Shown: positions 53,423 to 64,000 of the stretch, piece after piece | Position numbering within the stretch: the first letter of the stretch is position 1 | How the letters are laid out: each line of letters starts with the position of its first letter | Source: an uncultured delta proteobacterium | Lineage (GTDB): Bacteria; Desulfobacterota; Syntrophobacteria; Syntrophobacterales; Syntrophobacteraceae | Direction: 5' to 3' | DNA: 64,000 nucleotides | Assembly: GCA_963808625.1 (NCBI GenBank) | Contig: CAWEHK010000008.1 | Span: forward strand, 128,001-192,000 | Translations under genes and position numbers: made by a program | Notes under the pieces: model-generated | Databases searched by the model: none | What the model saw: the letters and a program-made list of their open reading frames with translations, nothing else | What the model was told of the DNA's origin: nothing

Positions 53423-53540
53423 AGTACAGCTCGGCCTGAATGAGTGTCCGATTTCCCAATTTTGTTGCTGGATTCCCGCCAGGAGCATGCGGGAATGACG
53501 ATCGGGGATAATGGACACTTCATTGGCTGGTGTTATACTA
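53421..53540. mobile_element. Second MITE-like element abutting the first (shared TA)
   Basis: TAAGTACAGC..GAATGAGTGTCC ... GGACACTTCATT..GTTATACTA, with internal GGATTCCCGC..GCGGGAATGACG. Confidence 0.65.
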
Positions 53541-54449
53541 CGGTCCCGCATTGCCTGGTCCAAGGGCATAACCGGCCATTTCTCCCAGGGCGCCCGTGAT
53601 CAGTCCCAGCAGCAGTGCCGGGATGATTCCCGGCAGCAGGTCCCGGCTCTTACCCGATCGCCGGATGTCCTTCCAGATCCGCCTGAACCGTACCAGCGGG
53701 ATAAGAGGGGCCCCCCCTGCGTAAAGAACGCGGCGAAGCACTGGCCATGACCGCGCGCGTGCCTCTGCAAAGGAACGACCACAGCCAAAATGTTCCTGTA
53801 CGGAAGCTGGGAGAGACTCGAAGTTGTGATGATAGACTTTCGCTCTGGGATCGAGATACAGATCATGCCCCCTGGCCCGCAGGCCCCGGTGCATGACACT
53901 GTCCTGGGCCCCATCCAGTAAAGAGTCCAGTTCCGGACCGTAGTCCAGCAGAACGTTCCTTTTATAGGAGCTGTTTTCGCCTGGAATATCGTCCGATATC
54001 CCGCCCTCTGTGCCTTCGATCCACGGTCCATAAAGGATGAATAGATTAGCCCAGCTCATGGTGGTGCCGGGGTTCGCATTGCCGATAACCGGCCCCACCG
54101 CTGCCCACGGCTGCGCGTGTGCCTCCAGGAGAGCCTCTGCCCATCCCGAAGCGGGGTAAGCATGATCTTCAATAAAGGCCACCACCGGCGCCATCGCCTC
54201 GTGAACCCCAACGGCCCTGGCCCGGCCCCTCGAGAAACGCTCCCCTACCGCGATGACCCGCACGGCCCAGAACCCCTCCCTCTCAGATTCGGTGAGGCCG
54301 ATCTCTGCTGCTGATGGGGCCACAATCATCAGCTCAAGGCGGTCGCTGAGCGTCTGTTTTCGGAGATGTTTGACCGTCTCGCGTATCGTTGGGCAGTGGT
54401 CCGGCTGGACGATGACTACCGACATCTCCGGAAAACTCCGAGCACTCAT
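53538..54449 (-). CDS. GT2-family glycosyltransferase
   Basis: SVVIV, RARAVG, VAFIEDH, AVGPVIGNAN. Confidence 0.85.
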   Translation of the reverse strand: MSARSFPEMSVVIVQPDHCPTIRETVKHLRKQTLSDRLELMIVAPSAAEIGLTESEREGFWAVRVIAVGERFSRGRARAVGVHEAMAPVVAFIEDHAYPASGWAEALLEAHAQPWAAVGPVIGNANPGTTMSWANLFILYGPWIEGTEGGISDDIPGENSSYKRNVLLDYGPELDSLLDGAQDSVMHRGLRARGHDLYLDPRAKVYHHNFESLPASVQEHFGCGRSFAEARARSWPVLRRVLYAGGAPLIPLVRFRRIWKDIRRSGKSRDLLPGIIPALLLGLITGALGEMAGYALGPGNAGP

Positions 54450-54577
54450 GGTCGAAACCTCCTCATCAAATCCTCGTCTTGAACCCTTGAGTCCTTTGCG
54501 TCCCTGAAAGTCCCTTTTGTCTCTCCTTAGTGCTGAAAAACAAAAAACCTAACCTTCACGCATATCCCAGCCAAGGC

Positions 54578-55705
54578 TCAGCGAAAAAAATACTCCTCCA
54601 CGATATCCTCCGTACTGCAAGAGCCGCCTTCAAAAGCATTGGTACACTCAGCACAGAGCCTAAGCTTTCGATAATCCGCGCTAAATTGGCTACGAAGCCG
54701 CTTGTAGGGAGCGCCGAACCAGATCTCTTTGAAGCTTGTTTGCTCGAGGTCGCCAAGCACGCTCCTCTCATGTGGGTCAAAGGTGCATGGACATACTTTG
54801 CCGTCCCAATGGATCGCCGGGTTGTTCCAAAGGGTCTTGCAGGGATTGCGCTTACGCCGAATGCGGGAATGCGTTTTCGAATCAAATGTAAACCGCTGGT
54901 AGCGGGAGTTTTCCGGAAGGAATTCGCTCCCGTCTTTTTTCGTCGCGCAATATTCTCCGTCGTCATAGGGATAGAGGGTCCTGAGGGTCAGCGCATCCAC
55001 TCCGAGATCTCTGGCAAAATCAATCAGCTCCGGGATCTCGTGCTCATTGTGCTTCATCACAATAAAGCGCAGATTGATCAGGGGAGTAGTTGAACCCAGG
55101 GCCTGTTTGGCCGCTACAACCTGCCTGATGGCGGCCACGACCGTCTTCAAATCCCCGCCTTCCCGGTATCTCTCATAGGTCTCCTGACGAATCCCGTCGA
55201 TGGCAAAAATCAGGGAGTCGATGCCCGAGTTCACCACATTCTCCGCGTTTTCTCGCCGGGCAAAAACGTGACCGTTGGTGCTCGAAACCACCTTGATGCC
55301 GCGTCTTTTTGCATACGCAATCATCTCGTAGACAGCCGGGTTGAGGAAAGGTTCTCCCCAGTCCCAGAGCAAAATCAGGAAAACATGGTCACCTATTTCA
55401 TCGATGAGTTTGGTGAAGAGCTTTGGGTTCATGAATCCTTTCGGTCGATCCATGCCTTCGGTGACGGGGCAAAGCGTGCACCTCAGGTTGCAGCGGTTGG
55501 TGGGTTCTACCTGCAGGTGGGTGGGCCATCCCCACGGCACCTGTGGTCTGAAATAAACCGATGCCTCAACCAGTAGCCAGTTCATGATTTTTTTCAGGGG
55601 CACCTTGTCAAACCGAAAAGGGATATGATCGCACTCGATTTCCAGGCTTTTCGTCGTCAGGGCACTGATGGCTTTCATCAGGTTAGAGCTTAGAATTTTC
55701 AGCAC
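54578..55705 (-). CDS. Radical SAM/SPASM protein
   Basis: CNLRCTLC, WGEPFLN, STNG, C..LW...DGKVCPC...LG..IW...CAEC. Confidence 0.92.
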   Translation of the reverse strand: MLKILSSNLMKAISALTTKSLEIECDHIPFRFDKVPLKKIMNWLLVEASVYFRPQVPWGWPTHLQVEPTNRCNLRCTLCPVTEGMDRPKGFMNPKLFTKLIDEIGDHVFLILLWDWGEPFLNPAVYEMIAYAKRRGIKVVSSTNGHVFARRENAENVVNSGIDSLIFAIDGIRQETYERYREGGDLKTVVAAIRQVVAAKQALGSTTPLINLRFIVMKHNEHEIPELIDFARDLGVDALTLRTLYPYDDGEYCATKKDGSEFLPENSRYQRFTFDSKTHSRIRRKRNPCKTLWNNPAIHWDGKVCPCTFDPHERSVLGDLEQTSFKEIWFGAPYKRLRSQFSADYRKLRLCAECTNAFEGGSCSTEDIVEEYFFR

Positions 55706-55834
55706 TGTTCCTTCCTTCGCGTTATCAGGGCCCGGTCAGCACGGCAGGGTCTGGTGGCAATAACCACGATCCGGCACGGGGTTGACCATGCTGATCGCCC
55801 TCTGATTTCCAATACAAGCCACTCGAAAATAGCC

Positions 55835-56828
55835 TCACCGGACCATCCTGTTCAATCGTCGCCGACGCAATCCGTGGCGGATGCATCCGATAGCGAATGC
55901 CAGCCCGCTGTAAACATAGTAGAAACAGTGCCAGGCAAATGCCTTCAAGGCAAACCACAGTCCCCGTTTCCTGCCGAAGAACAAAAAGAGCGGTGCATTG
56001 AGTAAAAACAGCGCCACCATCAGCCCGAGGGAGACCATAAGCAGCGGGGGCCACAACAGCGCTCCCATCATGGTGCCCGAGAATCCCAAAAGCTACCGGG
56101 ACACTTGCGCGGCTCGAGAAGCGCAGGTTCAGATCATTGATGAAGCGCCGGTCCCTCAAAATGAGCTCAGTCCAGGGGAGGGCCCGGCGGAGGAAGTCTG
56201 ATTCCAGCAGCGAGGCCACTCTCCAATGCTTCAAATGCTTGACCTGCAGGGACTTCAAGAGCCTGATTTCATAACCGGCGCTTTTCAGGCGGTAGCCCAA
56301 TTCGATATCTTCAATCGACGGATGGCGATAGGTCGCATCGAACCCTCCCATTTCAAGAAAAATCCGGCGACGAATCGCGCCGCACGCACCCCAGAAGGTC
56401 GAGGCGTCTTCGCGTGCCGTCTGGTGGGTATGGTGATGGAAAAGGTTCTTATACTGAGAAAGGAAGTTGGGGACGTCGGGAGTATCATCGTAAGATCCGA
56501 TAAGCGCCGCGAGCCCGGGTTCTTTCTCGAACGCGCCCGCAACCTGCCTGAGTGCGTCCGGCGGAATGGTTACGTCGGCATCCGTGAAAAAGAGAATGTC
56601 GCCGTGGGCGCTCTCGGCCCCAAGATTGCGAGCGTTCGCCGGACCTTGTGGGGCGGGAGTTCGCACAATGATCGCGTCGAAATTCTCTGCCAGACGCCAG
56701 GAACCATCAGAGTCGCCATCAGCCACGACAATGAGTTCATCGTCACCGGACCTGGCTGCGGCGATGCTTTCAAGACACCGGCGGAAGCTTTCGCCCCCAC
56801 CGTGAACCGGAACAATTACGGATACCAT
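55835..56828 (-). CDS. GT2 glycosyltransferase with C-terminal TM helices (frameshift near 56080)
   Basis: VSVIVPV, GPANARNLG, FTDAD, GGFD...IEDIELGYRL. Confidence 0.9.
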
Positions 56829-57043
56829 TGTCTGCCTCTTGTGTCTCCCTTCCGTTTGCCCCCGAAGAAGCCGCGGAGAAACCACCCACTCTCCTTCGGC
56901 AACAGTCGGCCCCATGACCCAACGTGGCCATCGGGAAGCTTCTCGTTGAGAAGGCGGCGAATGGAGGAGTTACTTGTTGCCAAATTCAAAAGTTTATTGC
57001 AAGGATATTCTGTCATCGAAAAATTTGAGAACAGGGGTTGCTG

Positions 57044-59137
57044 GTGAGCGCCAAACTAAAGTCAAAGGCAAAAACGGCAGTTGTAGTTAAGGAACCTCAG
57101 AATTCAACCCGGGCGGTCAATTTGCCGCCTTTTTCCATACCGATGCTTATTTTGTTGATTGGTTTGATATCCTCGTGTGTCATCCATTTCAGCCATCTAA
57201 GCTCCTGGAATGACGTCAAGGGTTCCTATTACTATGACAATGACCTCCCTCTTCTACTGACCGCCGATGGCTACTACTATCTGCGCCTCAGCTCAGATCT
57301 TACAGACGGCCAGTATAATGAAGTGGACGAACTGAGACCAGGGCAGACAAGACCAACTCCAATACCTCTACTTGCCAGATTGACGTCAGTTACGCATCAA
57401 ATCACTCAGATACCTCTTGAGAAAATCGCTTTCTATATCCCTCCAATCCTGGCTTTGTTAATGTTTTCCGTCTACCTTTTGTGGGGGTATGCAATCAGTG
57501 GGGCCGTGGTCGCTTTTTACTCATTATTGGCTGGAATTTCAAGCCCATGCTGGTACGGGAGCACTTGCCTGGGAAAATTTGATACGGATGTTTTAAATCC
57601 AGTTTTTGTGTACTTGATTTTGTACACAATGTACCGATTTGTAACAATTCAAGCCCGTAGCAGGTATATATACTTATTTGCTTCCATTCTGATATCCTTA
57701 ATATTTGGCCTCTGGTGGGACAATGTCAGATATCTTGGCATTTTTTTGGTTATATCAGTGTATTGTTTGAGCATTTTTCTGCCCTCATCCAAGATAGAGA
57801 GAGTCATCAAATCAATCCTTATCGTCATCCTATGTCTCATTGGAATAGCAGTTCTTTTCGATTTGCACTCCTTCTTTCCCGCCCCCCTGGATCGGCCGAT
57901 TCGCATTGCGTCGTTCTATCTGAACCTGACCTTAAAAGCGACCGGCTCCGAATTTCCGGATGTGGGGGAGAACATCAAGGAACTGCGGGCATACTCTCCC
58001 AAAGAATTCATATTCTTCACGGGAGGCTCCATGCGTTACCGTTCTCTTCTCCCTGGTGGGGCTGGTGGTGCTGTTTTGGCGTAAAAGAGCGGTCGCCCTG
58101 TGCCTCCTCCCCGGGCTTGCCCTCGGGCTTGGTGCTCTGCTTTCCCGACGCTACCTGATTTTCTTTGTTCCTCTCTACGCCCTCGGGTTCGGTTATTTTC
58201 TGGGGGAGGTTTTCTTAAACAGTGCCTACGTGCAGCGATGGCTGAAAAAACCGATCGCCTTCTGCGCCTCTTTGGTCCTTTGCTGTCATCCTGCTGATTC
58301 ACGCCTTTTGCCCACTGTCTAACGAAAACGATGATTCCCCGATTCACCGCTGACCGCGTTCCCCTGGCCCGCTCGCTGAAGACCGAAACGCCGCCGCAAA
58401 CGACCGTGTGGGCGCACTGGGACGAAGGCTTCTTCCTCCAGTACTTCGGCCGCAGGAGAACCTTCATTGATGGGAGCATGCAGAGCCCCTTGAGGTTTTT
58501 CCTGAGCGCCTTCCCGTTGAGGTGTGACAATCCGGTGTTGGCAGCAAACTGGATGCGCTTCTTCAGTGTTAATGACATACCAGGCTTTCACGCCTTGAGG
58601 ACGCAACTGGGGAGTACTGAAAAGACCGTTGCTTTGCTGAAACAGGTGCTGGCCAACCCGGACCAGGCAGAGAAGATCCTGACCGATTTCGGCCTTGAAC
58701 CCGATGAGTGGAAAGGCCGCCTCTTTCCCGACTCAGCAAGTGCCTCATTTCTTACTCCTGACTTGCTGGGTAAATCATATTGGTGGTTTTACGGTTCGTG
58801 GAATGTGCAGGAGCAAAGTGGCAGACAATTATCGATTGGCCAGGTTGACAGCCGTGTTGGTTCGCCTCAGGACAAGAACCCAAAAGGGACTATCGGCCCA
58901 TACAAATATGGCATGATTTTCGACATAGATTCCTCCGGGGTAAGGATCGAGGAACTCGATTCACAAGCCGAATATGTTCTCATCAGGATGAAAGGGCAAC
59001 CACACAGCTACCTTGCTGAAAGAGAGCTCCTCCGCTCGCTGGTGGGGCGTCTGCTCTATGCGGACCCAAACCGGACCGAGCCCTTTCGCACCATCCTCTA
59101 CAAACCCTTGGTTGGCGGTGTCTGGGCGGTCAACTGA
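57044..59137 (+). CDS. STT3/PglB/AglB-like oligosaccharyltransferase (frameshifts near 58040 and 58300)
   Basis: LLTADGYYY, GKFDTD, many TM helices, I.EL, RRY..F, WAHWDEG (WWDYG position), TFIDG. Confidence 0.78.
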
Positions 59138-59213
59138 TGCCTTCTATCCTTCGCGAGATTTGATGAGGTCAGGTGAGGAGTGTGTTCATGGACTCTATTG
59201 GAGCAGGAAGGAC

Positions 59214-59612
59214 TCAAGGAATCAGGTCAAAACCCTGTTCGGCGAAATGTGGGTCAAACGCGAACGCGGTCTTGATTCCCGAAGCACGCATGACCTCAAA
59301 GCTGACACAGTCGACAAGGCTCAGCCGCCGCTTGGACACAGCCAGCAAAGCGGCGATCCCCAAGCGATGGAGAGTGGAACTCACGAACTCAACATGAATC
59401 ATCGGCATCAAGTCATCATGGAAGCCCCGGACTGCCTTCAGCCCGAGCCGGCTCTGCAAAAGGGCAAAGGTCTCGACAAGAATGTAATTGCTGGAAATCA
59501 GTGTGTGCTCGCTTTGAATTATCTCGCTCCAGGCCTGCTTTGCAGATTCATGGTTCTGATCGTCTCTGTCCATCAGGGCATACAGGGCTGAGGTATCGAC
59601 CATGATTTTCAT
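59214..59612 (-). CDS. vapC: VapC-type PIN domain toxin
   Basis: VDTSALYA, ILVET, LSLVDCVSF, FAFDPHF. Confidence 0.92.
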   Translation of the reverse strand: MKIMVDTSALYALMDRDDQNHESAKQAWSEIIQSEHTLISSNYILVETFALLQSRLGLKAVRGFHDDLMPMIHVEFVSSTLHRLGIAALLAVSKRRLSLVDCVSFEVMRASGIKTAFAFDPHFAEQGFDLIP

Positions 59613-59857
59613 TCCCGGAATGCCTCCGCGAGATGACTATCGTGCCTGGTCGAAACGTCACTCTTGCCCGAACGGAATTTACCGACAATCTCCAGAGCCC
59701 GCTTTCGTTGATCTTCCCGAGCTTCGGCGGGAGCGGCCGCAAGCATCATGTCGACGGCCCGCCTCACCACCGCGGCCAGGGACTCCCCCTGGGCGGCGGC
59801 GACCCTCTTTATGGCTTTGACCTGCTCTTTCGTTAACTGGATCTGCGTTCTAATCAT
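59609..59857 (-). CDS. vapB: Ribbon-helix-helix antitoxin
   Basis: RBS GGAGG; MIRTQIQLT...SLAAVVRRAV...GKFRSG..DVS.RHD.HL. Overlaps the toxin start (ATGA). Confidence 0.88.
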   Translation of the reverse strand: MIRTQIQLTKEQVKAIKRVAAAQGESLAAVVRRAVDMMLAAAPAEAREDQRKRALEIVGKFRSGKSDVSTRHDSHLAEAFRE

Positions 59858-60237
59858 GCTGCCTCCTGTGATTACACATGTGACTGCATGATAGCACTCG
59901 GCATCCTCTTCGTCAAATCGCTCATTCCGGGAGCCACCGTGAGCTTCGCCCGGTGCTTTGCCATTTCCGAGTTCTTCCTGAGTGGCGGGTGGAGAAATTG
60001 AGTCTCCGCATTTTGTCATTGCACCGGAAGAGAATTGGTGGTGACGCACAGGATAGCCTTGGTCACCACGGAGTAGTGTTCGTACTGAACAATAGAATCG
60101 ATAATTCTAACAAATAGAAAGGAAAGGCCAACGCGCTGATCTTCCCTGACCTGGATGCCGGAAATATTTCCGAGAAACTGAGCGAACGTCTCGGCGGCGG
60201 CGCGATTTCTGGGCGGTCAACTGATGCCTTTTACGCT

Positions 60238-60735
60238 TCACGCGATTTGACCGCCCGTGCCGCAATGAAATTGCCCGTCAGGGTGCGGAGCGGCGCCGGC
60301 GAAAGCACTTCGAAGCGCTGCATCTCCGTGAGCAGCCTTTGGGAGGTTCGTGGGGAGCAATAACGTTCCAGGAGGCGCGCCGGCGTGTATCGCAGGCCAT
60401 TTTGGGAAATGCACCACGGCGGTCAGATCGACTTCTTTCAGGCGAGCTTCCGTCAGGTATCTGCGCAGTTGCGCCGGCCCACAAGTCGCGCCCACGTAAT
60501 CGGGGGTAAGCCCAAGGCGCGTTCGCCACTTATGAGGGATCGCGTTGCGCAAGGCTATTACCGGGTTGGAAAGATTGTCCAGGGTAATGAGCAGCTCACC
60601 GCCCGGAGCCAACAGAGATGCCAGGCTGTTCAGCGCCTTGCGTAATTCGGTTGCGGTGGCGAAGTGATCCAGGGTGGAGGTCGAAACAATGATATCAAAG
60701 GTCTCCGCCAGAAATGCCGGGGCCCGGATATCGCA
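60238..60735 (-). pseudogene. 3' half of a class I SAM methyltransferase
   Basis: CDIRAPAFLAETFDIIVSTSTLDHF...LLAPGGELLITLDN. The motif I half is missing. Confidence 0.75.
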
Positions 60736-60932
60736 TTGTTAGCTATGGGCTGATGACCACCGTCCAGGTCGATGATACTGAGGCGCCGCACCCCCAGTCC
60801 GATCCCCTTCCCTTCATGGAACCCCTCACTGTCGGGGCCTCGGTGAGCGATGACGCGCGTCATTCTCGCCAGGATTTCGTGGCTGACGCGTTCATCTGAA
60901 GACCGACCGGCAAAACCGCAAATCCCACACAT
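60736..60932 (-). pseudogene. asnB: 5' fragment of asparagine synthase (glutamine-hydrolysing)
   Basis: MCGICG...HRGPDSEG...RRLSIIDLDGGHQPIAN, then an abrupt switch to methyltransferase sequence. Confidence 0.85.
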
Positions 60933-60935
60933 ATC

Positions 60936-61953
60936 TTATGACTGCCTCTCCCGATCGAGAATACAGGCCGTGCCCAGCGGCACAGCGTTCCCGTCTCGCC
61001 AAACCAGGAGGCCCCGTGCACCCTCTGCCAGGTGAAGCGTCTGCGGCGGAAAAACCCAGATCCCGGAGTGGGGCCACGAGTCGAAACCGGGCGTGGCACC
61101 GAACCGGTGCTTATGCACAAAGACACCATCTTCCGTATGAGGCCGGCTGCGCAGCAGGTCTACCACTTTCATTGAGTGCTCGAGCGCCCACCGGATGAGG
61201 TAGTAATAAGTAGCGGAAAGCGCCCCCTGGCGCAATAAGTCCGCATAGTCCCCCCGCAGCCCGAAGGCAAAGGCCAGGACTTCCGCCTTTTGCCGCCGAC
61301 AGACCAGGCCGGAGATCCACTGGCCTCCCTGGAAAACCTTGAGGAGGAAGCCGCTCCGCATCGCTGCATCCAATTCATGAAAGGTGCGCAGGTGAGCCGC
61401 TCTTTCGAATCGGCGGAGAATGTAGGGGCAATAGAACTCGCGGTAAAATTCCTCCAACTCCCCTCGGTCCTGCACCAATTGACAATGCAATCCATAGCGT
61501 CGCACCTTACGGCCGTAAACACCGTCGATGCTCCGAACGCGCGTCCGGTACGCCAGGGCCCTCGAGCTGGATTTTTTGACGTATCCAGGGCAGAGTCACG
61601 AAGCCGCATGGGGGAACCAATCCGGAAAGCAGCCTGTTGACCTCTATGTACAGCAGGGATTCGCCCCGGCGTCTCATGATTTCCGCAGGCAGCCGAGCCA
61701 GCGCAATCGAGTCCGGCCCCAACGGTCCAATGCCCTTGTGGAGGCCCCCGAGGTAGGGCAGGCTCTCACCCTCTCCGACATAGATCGCCCTTTCAAAGCC
61801 GGCGCCCAAGACCACGCGCGACAGCCGCAGAGACCGTCCCAGGAGGGCAAAGCGTTTAAACCAGCTTACCACCTGGTAAAGCTGAGGATCAGATGGCTCC
61901 CGCAGGCCTGCACGGCGGGAGAAGCTATCCTTGTTTTGGCCACAATCCTTCAT
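60936..61953 (-). CDS. Hypothetical protein, possible GNAT/FemAB-like fold (frameshift near 61505)
   Basis: EEFYREFY.PY, ATYYYLIRWA...VDLLRSRP..DGVF.HK.RFG. Start uncertain. Confidence 0.55.
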
Positions 61954-61972
61954 TTTGGCGCACTCAGGAAAC

Positions 61973-62118
61973 AACCGCAGAGCACGCTGAGATCGCAGAG
62001 AAAGGCAATGACTTCAAATCGAAACCTCTCTGCACTGCGAATGTTCAGTGTCTTGAAATGTCATCAAGATTTCTCTTTAGCTCTTTGTCTCTGCGCCTTC
62101 TCTGCGCTCTCTGCGGTT
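61973..62118. repeat. Palindromic ACCGCAGAG...CTCTGCGGT element
   Basis: AACCGCAGAGCACGCTGAGATCGCAGAG ... CTCTGCGCCTTCTCTGCGCTCTCTGCGGTT. Confidence 0.6.
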
Positions 62119-62223
62119 AATTCTTTTGGTTGCGGCCGTGGCCTGCCCTGCGCTCACCGTGGTCGACAAAAAACCCATCCTTAACGAGTACAACAACCCT
62201 TGGAGTTCGGGCCCTCGGGGCCC

Positions 62224-63316
62224 TCACTCATGGTCCTTCTGGTAAAAGACAGATTTAAGACAGCTTTGATGCAGCTTCATTTCCGCCCAACAGCCCCCCC
62301 GGCAGGCACTCAAATGGTCACACCCGGCGCAGGACTCAGGCGTTTGCCATCGTCTCAGATCTTTGAAGCCCTTGCGCCAAATTACCGAAAATGGCCGCTC
62401 GCGGATATTTCCTTCGGCAAGGCGAAGGTCGTAGACCTGCTGGCAAGCGATGACGGAGCCCCCGGGCATGATCGCACAGCGGGTAAGGCCGGCGCCGCAA
62501 AAGAAGGGTTTCGTCAAGGGCATGCCGGTAAAACAGTTCAGATAGGTGTGGGACTCGCCCAGGGCCACCGGCATAACCTTCCTGCTCGTCGTGACAAATT
62601 CCACCAGTTGACGCAGTTGTGGACCGTTCAAGCGAAACCGGTCCTGGCCTTCGGCCCGCCCCACTTGTTGCATGGGCGTGAGATGCCACCGTGTCGCCCG
62701 GGAATTACTCACAATGCTGAGCATTTCCGGAAGGAGGTGAAAATTCTCGGGATGCACGACGGTATTGACAATCCTGAGAGGGACCCCGCGGTCAGCGAAA
62801 TGGTCCAGCGATTCCATCACCCGGTTAAAGGAACCTTTGACCCTCGCGGCGTCGTGGAAGCGGCGGGGGCCGTCAAGGCTGGTGAAGTACATGAAGTAGC
62901 GACCCCGCTCCAGTTCAGGCCACCGTTTTCGTGTCAAGAACCCGTTACTCACAAGCCCCAACCACAAATCCTTCCTTTTTGCATAGTTCACAATCGTTCC
63001 GAGGTCCTCGCGAACCAGAGGTTCCCCCCCGGAGATGACGAGACGTTTGGCCCCCATTGCGGCAAGGTCATCGATCAGAGAGAAAACCTCTTCCGTGGTA
63101 AGCTCATCCGCTTGAGCGACGTTTGCAGAGGCCTCACAGAAATCACATTGGAAATTGCATCGATACGTTGCAAGCCACTGTACAAAAGTGATCGGCTTCA
63201 GCCAACCAAGCCGATGAAGGAGGAGGCATGTCCCTCTTCTTCAGGGTCGCGGCCTTCCTGGCATAAAGCTTTCTCACCACCGGCAAGGCAAGCAGCAGAT
63301 GGTCAAATCGGTCCAT
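62224..63316 (-). CDS. Radical SAM/SPASM protein (frameshift near 63235)
   Basis: The frame of ORF 62224-63057 extends upstream through CNFQCDFC. SGGEPL, CGAG...IACQ, CAGC...CRGGC. Likely ATG at 63316. Confidence 0.88.
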
Positions 63317-63396
63317 ACAATGCCCCTTGTTTTCTCAGCCAGGCGGGACCCTTACACCATTCGAGGCGACGAATGAGGGGGCGAGCAACAGCGAGC

Positions 63397-64000
63397 CTAG
63401 CGCTTCACCACGCCCATGATGACGCCCGAATCGTTTGTTCCCCGAAAGGGCAGTCGCCGGATTTCACCTACGCCCGCATTGCTCAACATCTCCGCGATTT
63501 GCGCCCCGGAATAGGCCTGGCCACCGTTGGTACCGAGGAGCATGTTCAGTGAAAACAACGTCGGGAACAGGGGACCGTCCATGGTGTCGTCCAGAAGGAA
63601 TTCGTGGACCAGGATCAGACCACCCGTTTCCAACGCCGCCACCGCCTTCCCGACAATCATCTGACAGTCCTCGGGGCTCTCTCCGTGAAGGATTTGCGAA
63701 AGCCAGGCGACATCATAGCTCCCCTTGATCTCGCCTTGCACGTAGTCACCCTCCATAAAGTCGATGCGGCCGGTCATGCCGAACCTGGCAATCGTCTTTT
63801 CGGCAAACGGTCTGGTCGTCGGAAGGTCATAGACCGTTCCCCGCATCTGAGGATTGTTGAGGCAGAAGTGGATTGCATAGGTCCCGGGTCCTCCTCCCAG
63901 ATCAAGGAAATGCCGACGCCCGGAAAGATCGATGGTTTTGGTCAGCTCCGGGGCAACGGTCATGGCGATGTTGAACATGCCCATGAGGAAGCTTTCCCGT
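63397..64000 (-). CDS. O-methyltransferase (Methyltransf_2 type), 3' part; starts beyond window
   Basis: LDLGGGPG, VYDLP, GDY, LSQILH, GGLILVHE. Confidence 0.88.
   Translation of the reverse strand, partial: RESFLMGMFNIAMTVAPELTKTIDLSGRRHFLDLGGGPGTYAIHFCLNNPQMRGTVYDLPTTRPFAEKTIARFGMTGRIDFMEGDYVQGEIKGSYDVAWLSQILHGESPEDCQMIVGKAVAALETGGLILVHEFLLDDTMDGPLFPTLFSLNMLLGTNGGQAYSGAQIAEMLSNAGVGEIRRLPFRGTNDSGVIMGVVKR

Overview
GC-rich bacterial DNA. Gene content (TunR-type regulator, HydB-like NuoF, candidate selenoprotein) suggests an anaerobic Desulfobacterota/Syntrophobacterales-like organism (inference). Single-base indels interrupt many genes, including nuoL, nuoM and recQ. They are probably consensus errors, so split ORFs were re-joined by reading across frames. 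From left to right: (1) 1-5.4 kb, Mo/W homeostasis cluster: MOT1-type transporter, TunR-like XerC-TOBE regulator with a perfect palindromic operator, TiaS-like protein, PadR, Mo-storage protein subunit and a TupA-like binding protein. (2) 6.1-14.7 kb, a minus-strand candidate immunity island: metacaspase, then a Macro-STAND ATPase-CHAT protease fusion, then a TIR-nSTAND1-TM protein with 14 near-identical WD40 repeats that vary at a few codons. This is the best candidate for an undescribed system. (3) 15-21.5 kb, serine hydrolase, gene fragments with a deleted mosaic duplicate, a DUF1573 gene with an in-frame TGA at a Cys position (candidate selenoprotein), and a small lipoprotein plus L,D-transpeptidase. 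(4) 21.7-39.6 kb, complex I operon (nuoEF-ABCDHIJKLMN, extra FMN-less NuoF-like subunit, NuoG-like subunit) behind a two-component pair. (5) 40-46 kb, lipoprotein Fe-SOD and recQ/dual-OB/DUF488/DUF488. (6) 46-64 kb, glycan locus with GT2s, flippase, three radical SAM/SPASM enzymes, an STT3-like oligosaccharyltransferase, a VapBC pair and an asnB/methyltransferase deletion scar. Several REP and MITE repeat families fill the intergenic spaces. No rRNA, tRNA or CRISPR array was seen.
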